Part shown: positions 1-19,984 of the stretch, in pieces
How positions within the stretch are numbered: the first letter of the stretch is position 1
Layout of the letters: the number at the start of each line of letters is the position of its first letter
Assembly: GCA_002269645.1 (NCBI GenBank)
Contig: NIVC01004417.1
Span: forward strand, 1-46,762
Direction: 5' to 3'
Source: Macrostomum lignano
Taxonomy: Eukaryota
DNA: 46,762 nucleotides
Notes under the pieces: generated by a model
Seen by the model: only the letters and a program-made list of their open reading frames with translations
Database searches by the model: none
Told to the model about the DNA's origin: nothing
Program-made: the position numbers and the translations under genes

Positions 1-621
1 TTTATTGTTTAATTACCAGCGAACTCAATCATGATTGGTCATAATTTCTTACAGAGCAGCACAAACAGCTCGCCTTCGATTAACCACGCAAGTAAAAAAT
101 TAATACTAGCTACGTCAAAAAGAATATTTTGCAACAAGATATTGTAGCTCGTAAAAGTCTTACTCATTCTCAGTGATCCTTTGCTGCTACAGAAACTACC
201 AGTTACTTCAATAAAAAAATGACGGCCTAGCTTTAGGGGCGCTTAGATTTTAGCAAAAAAGCGTCAAATAAATATCAACACACAGGGGTAGCTACCAAGA
301 AAGTAATTCATAAAAAAGCAGTAGAACAAAAAGGGTTTAACAAAAGCACAATATTTTTCAATTCAAAAAAATTCAAAATTTAGGAATAGAAAAAACTGGC
401 ACTTTATGCGGCAGCTGATAAGTTAAATTAAAAAATCTAAATAGAAAACTAATGGCTACATATTATATATACATAGCAAACTTTTTTATTTAGATTCGCA
501 TTTATAAAGCGGTAGCGCAAAGTTCAAGCCAGAGACACCATAGCGCACGCAATAAACAACAAAATAAAATCGTCCAAACGCTTGATCAGCGTAATCGAAC
601 ACAGAGACAGCCCAATTTCTT

Positions 622-3600
622 TTACTCAGAATGTTTAAATTTCCTATCCTTGGTGCCGACCTCGCACAGCTGGAGCACCCGGGCCGGCGTCAGCGGCAGC
701 TCGAACGTCAGGTTCACGTCCGGCTTTCCCTGCTGCTTCCGGAAGGCCTCAATCGCTCTCTTGATGGCGGTGACGCAGGTGGCCGCCAGACCGAACGGCG
801 GCTCCCGATCGCCTTCGTGCTGAACACGCTGTCGGTGTCTCCCGGCTTCTTCAGCAGGTGGACGCGGAAGTCGCGCGGCACGTCGGCAGCCTGCGGCGGC
901 TTATAGTTCCAGGTACCGTCGGCCAGGTTTCGCCCGGTGTCGGAGTCGTACACGGTTCTCTCAGTCAGGTAGTAACCCATGCCGAACACGTAGGCGCCCT
1001 CGATCTGGCCAATGTCCACGCCAGGGTTGAGGCTCTTGCCGATGTCCATCGTGATGTCGAGCGCAGGACGACGTACTCGCCGGTGAGGATGTCCACCTCC
1101 ACCTCGGCCGCGCCAACGCCGAGGGTAGAGTAGCGAGCGTGCTGGGATTCACGATTTTGGCTGGCGTAGCTGAATGTTCGAGAACGTATCGTAAATTATT
1201 TATAATCTTTGTAAATCCAGTCACAGGTGACGAATTAGGAGCTTATGAATGGACTACTTACCTGCCGAAAGCCTTGAGCAAGACTCCAGACATGATTGCC
1301 GCGACAACCAGTTCGTTCCAACCGGCATCTTGCTTATTCTCTTTGATCGGCAACAAGCGCTCTTTGATTTGATCAGCGGCAGCTTTGGCTGCCATGGCGT
1401 TGAGCTCGCTAGTAGCGCTCGCCGGTTGCGTCCATCTGTGGCAGCATCATAGTGTCGGTCGGTTTGGCCTTCACCATGTCGAGTGTGGCGCCAAACTCGG
1501 CCAGCTGAGCAACAGCCGCTTGAGCAACTTTCGTTGTCAGACCCTGGCCCATTTCCGTGCCGCTATGCACAATGGAGATGCTGCCATCCATGTGCACCGT
1601 AAGATCGACCTCGGATATGCCAACGCGAGCATAACTGATCGCGGTAGGAAATAGCGGACATGTCCAGCCCCCGTTTTTTGTACGCGTTGGCCTGAAAACA
1701 CGGTGGGGGATTAAATGATGTATACTTAAATTAGGTAGCTCATGAACTCTGCTAAAACTGAATACGACTTTGTAGTTAACAATCACACTTTTTCTTTACC
1801 AGATTGAAGGTGTCGATGTCTTTTCTACGCTGGTCTATCTCAGCTGCAATGTACGCTCGTACAACTCGTCCCACATTCGCACCAGATTGTCTTTTGTTCG
1901 TTCCATGCCATTCTGGTCCAACTTGAATTGGATTGGTTTAAATATTCCAAAGTAAAGAAAGGACTAACATCTCTTAGCGCTCATGATTTTTTGCTTTGAA
2001 AATTGATAAATATGTCTATTACCTGTCCGTCTCTATACAAATTCTTTCGTTTGAAGTCGATAGGATCAATTTTTAGCTTATAAGCCATGTGGTCCATCAT
2101 GAGTAGGTTGAACAGCGCGGCTGGACCGGCTCCCGGAGCTCGAACTGATGTGCTCTGTGGCTTATTCGTTTTTAGGTAAGTCAGATTCCTCTTGAACGTT
2201 GGCGAGTAGTACGCTTGATCCATTGAGTCATCCATCTCTCGGCCAATGATGGTGACAACATTACAGACGTAGCCCGCGTCCAAATAAGAGTCCCAATGGA
2301 CGCTCATTAGCTGACCATCCTCTGTAGCGCCAGCTTTGTACTTTGTGATCACGGTTGGACGCTTCTGGCTGTACTGGGCCAGAGAATCAAAGCGAAGAAA
2401 CATGCGACAGGGTCGGTGGGTAATATCGCAGGCGATGGTGCAGAGAGCAGTAGCGTGATCTATCTGTAATGCGCGGAGTATAAAATGCCGATGTGTATAG
2501 CTTTGTGACTCAATACTTCAACGAAATGCAAATATTCAGCATAAAAATCGGTGACTGCCAACCATAAAAATTTTTCCACCGAATCCGCCGCCCAAACGGG
2601 GACAGACCACTTCGAAAATGGTTCCTTGGTCTGCCCATCACCTTGGCGAGCACCATAGAGGAAACTTCTGGCCACTGGTGCGGCGCATACACCAAAAAGC
2701 CTTCCTCTGTTTGGCGAACGCTGGTAGTCACTGACTCCATGAAGAAGTGCAGCTGCTCACCGACCACAAACTCTCCTTCAATCTGCACCGACTGCTTTGC
2801 CAACTCAGCGTCAGGGTCTTCTTTCGAGGCTCTTTGTGCATCCTGGAAGAACATAGATTGCTTAGCCAAAGCCTCCGTGATGTGCACAATTGGCTCATCA
2901 TCTCCGGCATCGAAGTTCACTTCGACCAGACTGGCTGCCCGGTCGGCGGCCCACTGGGTCTCGGCGAGGACCGCGGCAACGGGTTGACCAGCAAAACCAA
3001 CAGCTTTGGATGGGAAGATCTCGTCCGTCTGCCTAAAGACACCAATTTTATTCAGGGGCATGCATAGATTTCTTCTTATACTTTGTAGAAATCCTTTCAC
3101 GTGCGTTTAGGAATATACCAGATTACGAGTACTTACGGTACACGAAGAAATAAGCAAATGTTGTCAAAACTTACGCCTCGGGAGGAAGAATAGGAAGAGT
3201 GCAGTTGTTGGTGTATTTTCCCTCTAAGTCCTTGACTGTAAGGATGCTGTGGAAACCAGGCACTCTCTGTAAAAAATTTTTGAATTCAATAAACTAGGCA
3301 TCGTGGTCTGGGGAAAAGCAGATCTATTTTCTAAAAAAGTGACAAACATGCATAATATATGTACCTCAGCTTCCTCAGTGTCGAAACCTGTGACCTTGAT
3401 GGCGGCCTCGGGAGCCAGAACGTAGGCCAAGAACAGCTCATTCGCGTGAGCTGGGTAGTCGTTCACGTAGGTGGCCTCGCCGGATGTCTGCGCCTTGGAC
3501 TCGAGCTTCCTGACCGACTGGCCCAGCGGTGCCGGCTGAAGCTCTTCGACAAAGTCTTGCTCGCTCCTCTGAAGAGGCCGGGTGAGGACGGGACCGCCCG

Positions 3601-5797
3601 AGCGAGCGGCGCCTTCCACAGCGTCGCTGCCGATGTCCAAGATGGTCTTGTAGAGAAGGTTCACGGCCAGCTGTCGACGGTGCTCGGGTGAGGAGGCGGT
3701 GGCTTCCTCGACCGGCACCACCTCCGACTCGAGCACCTTCAGCGCGGCTGAAAGTTTTTGAGTGTCGGTTAAGTGATTGTCAAGTTTTCAAGCGATTCTT
3801 AAGTCCAAATAATATTTTAACAACACAATTCTTCGTTTAAAACTCACATTCGACAACCTCTTCATCCAGAAGGCTCTTGTTCAACAGAAAGTTTTCTGTC
3901 TTCGTGGCTCGATTCTACAACAGACAAGGTTACATGTCAACTACTTTGTTGCTTCTGTTTCTGTTCTATAAGTTTAGAATCAGCTGCAGTGCTTACAAAT
4001 TTGTCAGAAATTCCACCAATAACAATGGTTGGACGCTCAAGCACAGTGTAGTCCTTTTTCTTGTCAACAGCAAGCTCAAAGGCTCCGTTGACGTAGGCAT
4101 GGGCGTTCTGCAAGAGAAACATGTGGGTATTTCAATGTAGCAAAGTATTATTGGTTATACATAGTGTTGTGTCAGAAATACATGATTGACTTTTAGCTCA
4201 CGAGCTGACGCGGCGTGATCTTGAACGACCTGTAGAAGTGCTGGTCCGTCGAGATCGCCGGCAGCTTGGCCGACACGATCACCTTCCCGCGCATGTCCAG
4301 CCTCAAAAAGTCGGTCAGCACGTGATCCTGAGTACCCTGCTCATCCGCCACCTTGATCACGGTCTTGGCCGCCTCCAGTGTGATAAACACGTCCGACGGA
4401 AAGTCCTGGTGTCGGTGCTTCATCATGAGGTTTCCAGCCCACGACGCATTCGCGCGAACGGCCTGATTGGCTACCTGCTGGTAGTGGTCGCTGATTCTGT
4501 CGAGGTGAGCCAGTCTGGTCACCTTCTCGGCGGCCTCCTTGAATGTGTCGATCAACTCGCGCAGAGTGACGGTAGCACCGATCTCCAGACCCGACTTGCT
4601 CAGCTAAAAGCAAAGCAAAGATTTATTCAGATTGCGAACTATTCAGATTGCGAACATACAATCCAACTGATAAACTCTTGCTGTAACATCTACCACTCAC
4701 CCTGATGTTGTGCAGCTCTGGAACGTTGCGAACGTTGATGTAGCAGTTGACGAGCACGTCTTCCTTGAACACTCCGGCAGAAGTGTTTCCGCACACGAGC
4801 TGGTACTCATCGTCCTTGTACCGCTTGAGCAGCTTGAGCAGTTGGTCTAAGCTTCCAGGATTGTAGAAGCGCTGTCCCTTCCAGCCGCGAGCGATTGGGA
4901 TCACACCGGATGTAGGTGGCTTCGCGATGCCTTCAGCGCACAGGCTCTTGTTCATTTCCTGAACAATGGAGTTGATGTTGTATGTGTGAAGGGGTTGAAT
5001 GGGATGTTGAAAGGTACTACTGATTGTGCGCCAGATAACATAGGTGCAAACATCAGACTCACCTCGATGTCCACGCAATCACCGTTGTTCGAGTCGCACG
5101 CGAACGACTTCATGCCGTCGAGAATGGACCGATAGCCTGTGCAGCGACAAATGTTTCCATCGAAGAAGTGCTCGACCTGCTGCATCGTCGGCTTCGCGTT
5201 CTCCTGCAGCTGGCTGTACATGCTCATGACGAATCCGGGAGAGCAGAAGCCGCACTGGGTTCCATAGTGCTCGGCGAGTCTCTCTTGGATCGGGTGGTAC
5301 GGCTTGCCGCTGCCTCCGATGCCCTCGATGGTGGTGACGTGCCAGCCTACTGCCGAGTACACCGGACACAAGCACTGCAAACGATCACACGAGTCGCGTC
5401 ATGACCCCAGAGCTGACGTATTCAACTTCATCATTAGTAGGTCGTAATCACGAAGCAAAAGGTGACTCACCGAGTTGACAGGCACTGACACGACCTCTTC
5501 TGTAGCCGGGTGCTTGTAGGTGGCCGTGACAACGCAGCATCCGCACCCGCCTTCTCTACACATAACTTTGGTGCCCTTGAGGTTGAGCACATCGCGAAGG
5601 AAGTCGTTGAGACTGGTCTCGGGGTTGCAGTCCTTGGGAACTGTTTAGGTTTAGAGGGATGCACGATTTTATTTGTGTGTTAATACGCTCGTAAGCACAA
5701 AGAGCAATATTATTAGACTTGATTTACCATTAGTGGCTCTTCCGTTAACGAAAATCACGGGATCACCGCTGGAAGGCACAATGCCGCTCGAATACAT
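622..5797 (-). CDS. Xanthine dehydrogenase / aldehyde oxidase family molybdo-flavoenzyme, ~1290 aa, 14 exons, ~6 frameshifts in the 3' half (sequencing indels or a decaying copy)
   Basis: Exons rebuilt with GT-AG and consistent phase: 5797-5728, 5640-5471, 5374-5063, 4958-4701, 4603-4202, 4107-3997, 3914-3848, 3747-3365, 3266-3175, 3032-2563, 2463-2023, 1921-1800, 1691-1262, 1169-622. Motifs: VIFVNG; 2Fe-2S GTKVMCREGGCGCC; TQCGFCSPGFVMSMY; DGNICRCTGYRSIL; FAD domain ANASWAGNL; QTSGEATYVND; EQLHFFME; RLGGGFGGK (after frameshift); SGTEMGQGLTTKVAQ; DIGKSLNPGVDIGQIEGAYVFGMG; KAIGEPP (after frameshift). Confidence 0.95.
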
Positions 5798-6619
5798 AAT
5801 GTCGCTTGTGGTTTGGAATTATTTTTTTCGGAAGCGTCAGGCTGGCTATCTGAAATAGTTCTGCGGAGTGTTTTTATTTTGTCAGCAGGGTTAGCTCTTG
5901 CTCCTGCTTTGTTGATGAGAATTTTTTGTTGAAATAAAACTTGGCGCTCTTAAGTGGCTCGGAAGAAAAACACTTAGATTCGATGCGAGAGTGGGCGCTT
6001 TCTCACTTACTTGTGCAGTCTTCTTTCTTGATTATCTTTGGTTAGCTCAGATTTAGCATTGGAAGCTTTTTTCCACTGTATTTGATATGAAACTTTGACC
6101 TAAAAGTTTATGCTGTAATCGCTTAATTGCGCTGGGTAATTCTGCTTTTGTATCGTCTTTTGACAGAGTTTTCTTGTACGGTACTACCTAGAGATAGATA
6201 GTTTATTAATTAAAATAAATTTATCTAATGTTATATGAAACTTGTAAATAATAAACTACTGCGTTTAAAAGTGTTTTGTTCATCGTTTTTACGGTTGTCT
6301 TAAAACCGATTTAAAGACACCTTTTTCTACATACCATATCTTACTGTAGTGACTAAGATACTACAGTCACACAGTAGGTAACACAGTATTGCAGTACTAG
6401 AGAATACAAACATACCAACTACGACAGTAGTACCACAGTACATATATTATAGTTTTAATGCATGATTTTGTCATCTTAAGTTAAGTTGCTTAAGGTGTTT
6501 AAGTTGAATATTGGCCGTGAAACGAGCGTGTCATTGTAGATTAAATCATTCATCGCCACATGCGGCCGCAAAGCCTTTCTATCCGGCCCTCGGGTCCTTT
6601 GAAACTTCACAATAGCAAT

Positions 6620-6750
6620 CTTCCCTGCTCAAGGCTTGTGTCTCTTCTCAGCTCTCCTCTCTCACTTCTTCCTTCTCTTTTCTCTCCTCCTCTCTTCTCT
6701 GCTCTCCTCTCCTCTCTCTTTTCTCTCTTTATTTCGTCTTCTCTCTAATG
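6620..6750. repeat. CT-rich low-complexity tract
   Basis: Irregular (CT/CTT/CCT)n run; it explains the Leu/Ser-rich ORF 6560-6748. Confidence 0.8.
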
Positions 6751-7086
6751 CCAACTAGCAAGCATCTTTAATATGATAAAAAAGGTTATATTACGAGTAG
6801 TTGTGAGCTCGAGCAGAGACACTTTTTGATAACTTTTCGTTCAAATTTAAGGTTAAAATATATATTGTATATCAATCCTCTGTATATTTTTGGCAGCAAG
6901 CCATAAATATTCGTACATTATAAATGTTTAATTATAACAACTTGAGACCTTTCTCAATGGATTAAATGAAAAGTATGTCGCCCAAGCACCTAAAGGAATG
7001 AAAAAGGAGTTGTGTCTGCATCTTAATAAAATATTCAACCGTTAATTGTTTAAGCCAGTTTTCCTGGCCTGTACTGAAGTACTGAT

Positions 7087-14206
<7,120 letters not shown>

Positions 14207-14905
14207 CCTTGCGAGCTAGTTCACTCACAACAATTTTTTTACTTTCTTCCGATCTTTTTATCGTTGCAGCTGTAGCTAAAAACAAAATGCCCCTATTTAG
14301 CCGTCCCTGCCTTCTCCTCTCCTCTAAACTGCAGAGAGAAGAAATAGCAAAGCAAAGCAAACGAAGATATATTCTCTTTCCGTATGTGCGTGTATTTGTC
14401 TTCTTTTATTGAAGCAGATAAGCTCTGAGACTTGGAGATGAAAAATTGCTGGCCTAATGCCTCGGAGACTGAACAGTTTGCCAAAGGCATGGAGCATTGC
14501 AGTCTGAGTCATGCTTGGGACTGGCCCCGTTTTTCTGCGTACATTGCCTAGCCAAGCTGAGCTGCCTTATAAGCTAGTTGTGTAGTGTTAGTAGAATGCC
14601 TGAGAGACAGATTGAGTCAGTCAAGCAGTGGGGTTTACACAACTGTCGAGGCTTGAACAGTGACATTAGGGAAATCCGCAAAAGGGTGCATCCATGGTCA
14701 CCTGTTGAAGATTCAGTAGCTCCGTCTAGGTGAAGACAAATTGCCTGTGCTGATGAAGTTTAGAGGCTTGACAAGGCTGCACTAAGGCACGCAGTGCTGG
14801 GGATTGGCGCGCACAGGCGCTTGTTGCAAAATAGGATTTTCTGGCCGGAATCGCTGAATATCTCATCGGGCCTGGACGGATGGCGACTTGAATCTTAGTT
14901 GAAAA

Positions 14906-15112
14906 GGTGCGCAACAAGTTACTATTGCGACTCACGACTTGAACGTCGGGGTTCGATTCCCGATCCCACTGGAACAATTTGTGTCCTTGAGCAAGACACT
15001 TAACTCTGCATTGCTTCAGTTCACCCAGCTGTAAAATGGTTGCCAGCATTAGCTGGGGTAACTGAGGGTGTGTGGCGACCCCCCAGTCCTTGGACTGAAC
15101 AGCCGTACGCAG
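14906..15112 (+). mobile_element. tRNA-derived SINE with a MetaSINE-like central domain
   Basis: Degenerate A box (ggtgcgcaacaagtta), B box GTTCGATTCC at 14951-14960, then gtgtccttgagcaagacacttaactc...tgcttcagttcacccagctgtaaaatgg, which resembles the conserved invertebrate SINE core as I recall it. Confidence 0.65.
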
Positions 15113-16592
15113 CTTTCAGATGCGCCGCGCAATAGCTGCGGCTAAGCTGTCGGTTGCACATCTGTCCATTAGGGCAGGTGAAATCAATTATTATTATTAG
15201 GTACAGAAAACGGAAGCAGAAAGCATAGGGCTCAGAGTTACAGAAATTGTTGATGCTCAAGCATCGAGATGACTTGAGATGATATGAACACAATGAAGCG
15301 ACCTATACACGAAGAACTGAAGTACCAGAGGAAGTACCAGCTGAGCTATCAATCTTATCTTGTCATCATCTACAACGTCGCTACAAGTCTCATTTCCCGT
15401 TCCATGCTTTGAAGCTGCCTTCGCAACTGGTGCAACACCTGCCTGACAGCAAACAGAGCCTGCAGGTTGGATAGCAGCAGGCTTAACTCGACCAGTTGCA
15501 GAGATCCGATGCTTGAGCATTCACTGGCTGTTGGCCTGTCAATCGCATTGATGACAGCATAGTTGGTCAGCCTTCGATCGGAACTGCTGGAATCCTGACA
15601 CTCCGCGCTCAGCTGACTGTAGAAGGCGAGCAACTGGTGGGTGCTCAGCTCCAGTTGGAGTATCGTCAGCTTCAACTGGTGTTCGCGGATGATTGTTCTT
15701 GCGTTGTACATTTTGTGGCCTACTGCCAATGCAAGCAAGTCGATGAAGAATGGCTGAATTGGGTGGGTCTGCCTAAGCATGCAATAAATATACTTCATAT
15801 AAATATAATCTCCAAGCAGAAGGAAACTGTGTATAAACGTACGTTATTGTAAGCTAATGCGCTTTTCTACAACTTACAGACACTACCGTTTACTTAAGCA
15901 GTCAAAACAGTACCTTAAATAGCCTAAAAATAGCGCTATCTTATGAGCTCACAGCTCAAACTAGCAACCTTAAAACATTTCCTAGAGGCCATCGCAAACA
16001 TTTTAGTGTACCTTCCCCGACGCATCCAAAGGCATCGACGCAATTCTTAAGCCATCATACTGACTCAACTGTAACTTTATGTAACATATCACCCTAAAGC
16101 TATTTTAAAAGTAATTTTTTGCATTCATGTCTCCCCGAAACTTTGAAAAATTTAGAATCTAGAAAAGTTCAAGCTAATAGTATGAAACCACCTGAAGAAT
16201 TTCCTCTGGAATGTATCCGTCATGGGTTGAAATTTATACATGATCCTACATACCTAACCTAGATTTTTATGGCCGACCTGCCTACCTATACAAAAAGTAC
16301 AGGTAGAAAAAAGACAGGAAAACTGTACACCCAGCAAAATAAGTACGTCAGAAAAGTTCAAGTAAAGTCGCGAGGGTGAAGTTGTTGGCTGTTTCGCATT
16401 GACCCTAAGCAACCCCTTTTTCTCTCTTACCTCTTGCAATGGGCGCGCAAGGAAAGCTCTCGATCCAGTTCGTATCTATAATACTAAAACGAATGGCTCC
16501 AGTGCTTTGACCCTGTTGATGACTAGAAGCCACAAGCGTGCTAAATTAAATAGCTTATAAGTTTGTCAGGCAGCATGTCCAAGTAGGATAAA

Positions 16593-19140
16593 ATGGAAAC
16601 CTTTGTCGCACAGTTAAAAGCAACGCAGCTGGTGCGTTGGGTGTTCTGCGACACAAACGGCAACGCTCGATCCAAGCTGATCCCTGGTGGCATGAGCGCC
16701 CACTTTGTTACCAGGCAGCCGAGGCGATTCTGCACTGCCGTCATTCCAATGACTTGCAACAGCGAACTGCCCCATCTGGCCTGGGTGGTGGACAACGGCT
16801 ATCCGGACTGCGAGATGGTCCCGGATCCGGACTCCTTCCACCTGGTCAGCTGGTCCAAGTGCCAACAGCCCGGGAGCATCGGTCAGGTGAGTCTCAGTCC
16901 TAAATGCCTGACGATCCGCTCAGGAGGCAGTGGAAAGCGCAGGACTGCTTTCCTGCTCTTTGGCACCGCGCGTCGTTGAAGAGCTCAACTTTGACCTCCC
17001 GTCGATTGGAGTCACAAATATACCTGCATGTACATGAAATAGTGCGGTAGTTCAAGTGTAATAACAGTAACAATACTCGAAGGATGGCTCTGGGCACCCT
17101 TTCGTTGCTGGCGCTCTTTTGTGCTGTCAGCCCTACAATGAAGCCCTCAAGATGGTGCTTTGTGGTGCTGGCACTGTGGTAACTCTTAAATGCTTAGGAA
17201 ACGCTAACGGATAGACAGATTTACTGAGACTGCACAACCTGCTGTTTTAGGTCCTGTGCTCCACAAACTGGCCAGACGGTGGCGGACCAGTGGAATTCGA
17301 TCCGAGGAACGTTGTCAGGCGTCAGATTGACCGATTGGATCGCGAGCTGGGCCTCAAACTGGCCAGCTGGACAGAGATGCAGTGGCACCTGTGCAAGCGG
17401 GGAGAGACAGGTTGGACTTCAACTGAACCCGCTGGTCACCTGGACGGCAGTCAGCTGATGCAGAAGTACGAAGTTTTAGTCAGCGAATTGTGCAGCTCGC
17501 TGATGGACGCCGGAATCGCTGTTGAGTCAGTCAGTCCGGGATCTGGAGCTGGTCAGTTCTGCGTCTCGCTTGGGTCCAGAGACGGCGCTGCGGCTGTTGA
17601 CGATGCGTTTATGGGCCGTGAGATTGTCAAGCAGGTAAGCTGATGCAGATTGGGAAAATTCCACAATATAATCACTATACCCGAACTTCCTGACTTATGA
17701 ATTCCATTTTGTTTGAGGTTGGTTTACCTGTCATGCTAACTTTAGAAATACTATACTGGATACCGGAAAAAAAGCAATTGAATTTTTGAATTGTTTCTGA
17801 ACAATTCAAATTGTCTTAAAATGCCCGCGTTATGTCCCTTGTTGAGAGCCTCAAACAGTCGTCATCAAAATAGACCAGCCACTAGTAGAAAGAAAACCCA
17901 TTCACATTTCGACCGCCATCTGCGTTGTAACACTTAGCCGTGAAATTTTGTCGTTTCCGCACGCGGTACGTTTTATAAATTACTCTACGAAATCAATATT
18001 TAAGACTACCAAAAATGTATTTATGAGTATACGTACAGCTTTGTCTAACCCCATAACCATAGACACAACCTAAAAAATTGCAAAACTTTATTACGAGCTA
18101 GAAGGCATTTTTAAAGACAACACACATTTAGAGAAATCCTTTTTAATATAGACAGTAACACTTCCTGTCTTCCTGTCTTCCTGTCTTCCTGACAGTAAGC
18201 CGTCCAGTAAGCTTCCTAAACTTTAAAGTGCCACAGCCATGTCAGTCATTATCAGTTTGACGAAAAAACTAAATAATGCTTTTATTGGGGCCCTCATTGA
18301 ATTTATAGATATGATTTTTTAATACTGCTTTAATTTTATATTTACTGAAAAGATTCATTCAATACGACGTATTCCGTTGGTGCTAATGGCTGAGCATTTA
18401 AAATTGATGGCCATGCACTATTGCAATTTCAGGTCGCTACAAACCATAACCTGACGGCTACCTTCATGCCGATTCCGCATCTGCTGGCAAGCGCCAGCCG
18501 ATTGCGCATCAATCATCAGCTTGTTGAGGCGCCAGACACCAGAGGCGACTTCAAACAACCGTTGAAGAATCTAGCGCCGCCTCAGGTGCTACGGCACTGG
18601 TTAGCAGGGCTGGTCCATCACGCTCCGGGCATAGCGGCGCTCACCTGGCCAACCCTGAACTGCTATCGAAGCGACAAGCCAGGCCGCCGAGTTACCTGGA
18701 GCTGTTCCGACTTGTCGACGCTGGCATCTCCCACACAGGCGTTGCCGGTTGTCGATCTGCGGATTGCACCAATGCGATCGGCTGAGGATGGAGGAGATGT
18801 TGTCTGGCGGTTGGAGAACAATCTGCCCAGTTCAGCTGCTAGTGCACATATCGCTGTCGCGGCAACCGTGGCAGCTGGAATTGACGGCATCTTGAGACGT
18901 CTGGAGTTGCCGACGAGACCGGAGGAAGCGCCGATGCTACCGGCTGATATGGCAAGCGGCTTAGCCGCTCTAGAGGCTGATGCTGTGATGGCAGACGCTC
19001 TGGGAGCTCAGTTGTTCGATTTCTACCGTGAGGCTAGACTGCAGTTTGATCTAGCGATGGTGGCGGCCAAAGCTCACGCCAACGAAAGCGATTCTGAGGC
19101 GCTGAAAAGAGAAGCAAAGTTTTATCTGGAGTTTCACTGA
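16593..19140 (+). CDS. Glutamine synthetase type-I fold / lengsin-like protein, 461 aa, 3 exons, probably catalytically inactive
   Basis: Exons 16593-16886, 17251-17634, 18433-19140, all phase 0 with GT-AG. GS motifs: VRWVFCDTNGNARSKLIP, GYPDCEMVPDPDSF, DPRNVVRRQ, PGSGAGQF, LTATFMP, WLAGLVHHAPGIAALTWPTLNCY, RLENNLPSS, AGIDGI, LP..MASGLAALEAD..MADALG. Confidence 0.9.
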
Positions 19141-19479
19141 TTGCAAATGACTATAGTCGCATGTTTTGGCTGCTGGTTATGTATCATTAAAACAACAGAA
19201 ATAAAAAACAGAAATTGTTTAGTTGTTATAGCTCGTACTGTACCTCAGCCGTGTAGTGTACTTTATCGATCGGTTTATTACGATAAATAACCAGGAATCG
19301 ACCAATTCAATAGTCGAATAACGATAAAGCACTAAAATAAATAGAAATAATTTTTTACTTGGAAAGTTGACTTGAACTTGTCGATGCTTTTATCTCACAA
19401 TACTCAATAGTCAAATTGTATAGTCAATGTTACGTAAGTCTTAATGGTCTTAAGTAAGCTTTTGAGACATTCCCCCAAT

Positions 19480-19590
19480 TGCCAGCTCCAACGCCCTCCT
19501 CATCCTGCGTCGCGGGCGACTTCAACTGGCGGGCTACTATGCATGATCTGGACCGAGAGCTGCTGCCCCCAGTCTCTACAGGACGTCCCT
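19480..19590 (+). mobile_element. Short diverged fragment of the 3' end of the neighbouring LINE, in inverted orientation
   Basis: gccctcctcatcctgcgtcgcgggcgacttcaactggcgg...ggaccgagagctgctgccccca resembles the reverse complement of ~20160-20255. Confidence 0.6.
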
Positions 19591-19984
19591 AGTTGGCTCT
19601 TTATTGCATGAGCCCATTAATTTGTATATGTAGGCGGAACAAGCGAACTCGTCGATAGTCGTGCGAAGAAGGACCACTAGGAGCACTTCGGTATAGTCTA
19701 GTCTCTATAGTAGTCCTTGTACGCGAACTGCCTGCTGTGCGACGCAGGGATGCCCTACACCGTTGGTGGGGGTGTCGTTTGACGCACCTTTGTTTTTAAC
19801 CTTTTTACACTTATAGACTTATTTTCCTGGGCTTCTTTTCTTTCATTTGCTGTGCATATTCTAACCTTGCTTTACATTTTAGATCATTTAGAACAACAAT
19901 TGTTGTGTATATTCTAACCTTGCTTTACATGTTAGACCATTTAGAACAACCAACAAAATACGCGACCCCGCATGCAAAGTCACA

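Noticed and set aside
15637-15720. LQLVFADDC, resembling a non-LTR RT catalytic motif
   Set aside because: No upstream QG..L.P.LF motif or other RT domains in any nearby frame.
19500-19535. CVAGDFN, resembling the GDFN motif of an APE endonuclease (also CVGGDF at ~20210)
   Set aside because: The homologous segment lies downstream of the RT; the meaningful frame is the RRRLQLAG-type LINE C-terminus, so GDFN is an off-frame coincidence.
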